A DNA stretch of 18,787 nucleotides from Octopus sinensis. Its lineage: Eukaryota. Where the stretch lies: NCBI RefSeq assembly GCF_006345805.1, contig NW_021824447.1:1-18787 (forward strand). The letters are read 5' to 3'. Position numbers and translations under genes: made by a program. Each line of letters starts with the position of its first letter. Position 1 is the stretch's first letter. This document shows positions 17,387 through 18,787 of the stretch, piece after piece. Under the pieces are notes generated by a model. It was not told the origin of the DNA. It did not search any database and worked only from the letters and a program-made list of their open reading frames with translations.

Positions 17387-18649
17387 CAGAGCATATTTTT
17401 TTCATAATTCGGTAAAATATTTAAAATTATCGATGTAGCGTCTCTTTCATCGCCTCAGAGTCTAAGCAATAACTACCAGACATATATTGGTGTTCGATTC
17501 ACAATTTATTGACAACAGTTTCAGATCGGCTCCAAATTGAATCGAGTGCTATCTGTGTCGGGTACTCGTTTTTATTGATTTTTGAAGCCGATATAAAACA
17601 TAATTGACTTCACACCAGAATTTAAACACCACAGAACATAAAATAGAAAAACTAAATTCCAAAACATATTTTCTTCGAGGGGGAAAGAGCAAAATGGAGA
17701 ATGTAAATAAATTTGGTAACTGAATATTGGTTGATCTCCTGTCTATGTACCTTCGAAGTCTTTAAGCAAATAAATTCATATCAGAATTATATTTTTGAAC
17801 GTTGTGTTTCTAGTTTCCTTGTTCTCTTTTTTTCCAGCTTGAAGATGATCATTTTTTTTTTTAAAAGAGTTGTTTTATATTTTCCTTTTTTGTGACTATA
17901 AAAAAAATATGGTTCGATGTTTTTGTTTTATTATATTTTGTTTGTTTTCCTGTTATCAAAGTGTCAAAAATTATTGATGACTTCCCCAGTTTCTTTTTTG
18001 TTTAATCTATAGAGTATAAATAATATATACAATCTCTGTGTGCGTATGTGTCTTCTGGTGTCTGGTGGTATTAGCTGATCGTCATATGCGGATGGATGGG
18101 TGGTGTTATTTGACAGGAATATTCGACGACTCCGTGATGTCCAGGAGATAGATACATCACTGTTAAAAAGTATAAATGCATTAAAATATGATTTATTACA
18201 TTAATACAAGTTAAAGCCATTCGTAAAGAAACAAAGTCATTTAAATCAACGTATTTACATGTTTTATAGACACCGGAAGTGATAAAAGCCAAAGTCCATT
18301 CCGATACGATTTTATATCCGAAATACGAAACTAAATACAGTTACGGGCTTCGACTGCTATTCAATCAATTTTTTTTTTCACTCCGCTTCCTTTTGACTAA
18401 ATTAAAATATAATCATAATACAGAAGGAAAATTAATGAACAAGTTGTGTAATATGCAATTGGCAAGTTTGCTTCGCAACAACGTCGTTCCGATTTCAATC
18501 CCCCTGCACGGCACCTTAGGCTAGAGTTTTCTTTTATCTAAAGCTAAATGGTGCAAGCAACAGACAAATTCCAGCCTTATTAATCTGCCTCAGCGAAATA
18601 CACATACATACACACAGACAAACAACCACAGTACGGATGGTAGTTCACC

Positions 18650-18787
18650 AGTTGTACTCACTTCACAACCACGTGACTCTGTGGGTTCAGTCCCGCAGTA
18701 TATTTAGCAAGTGTCTACCAATACTTTCTGAGTGAATTTGGTACATACAAAATGTGTGGAGGCCTGTCATATATAAATATAAATGTG
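18650..18787 (+). mobile_element. Degenerate family-2 SINE (runs off the window end)
   Basis: caaccacgtg...gggttcagtccc...agcaagtgtct...gtgagtgaatttggta-like blocks are collinear with 16894. Confidence 0.6.

Noticed and set aside
18085-18205. Frame YADGWVVLFDRNIRRLRDVQEID resembling an RT YADD box
   Set aside because: Catalytic DD not intact and no flanking RT motifs

Overview
AT-rich eukaryotic non-coding DNA (intron or intergenic), most likely from a coleoid cephalopod such as Octopus. That is an inference from the very high microsatellite load and the tRNA-derived SINE types. No host protein-coding gene is recognisable, and nearly all ORFs in the supplied track are microsatellite read-throughs. 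The window holds about 17 SINE copies of two families, many in head-to-tail trains or inverted pairs. It also contains a hAT-type MITE, a 294-bp near-perfect palindrome and three LINE relics: an RTE 3' end, a CR1/L2/Jockey-type RT remnant and an RTE 5' end. The most interesting signals are two kinds of candidate self-cleaving ribozyme. (1) A roughly 190-bp element occurs three times, mostly next to (TA)n tracts. It carries a minimal, dimer-type type-I hammerhead fold of the Penelope/retrozyme kind with a non-canonical CUGU core; two copies lie in tandem 332 nt apart. (2) An HDV-like pseudoknot with an atypical P3/L3 region sits at the very start of the RTE 5' end. All structures were folded by eye and none has been tested.
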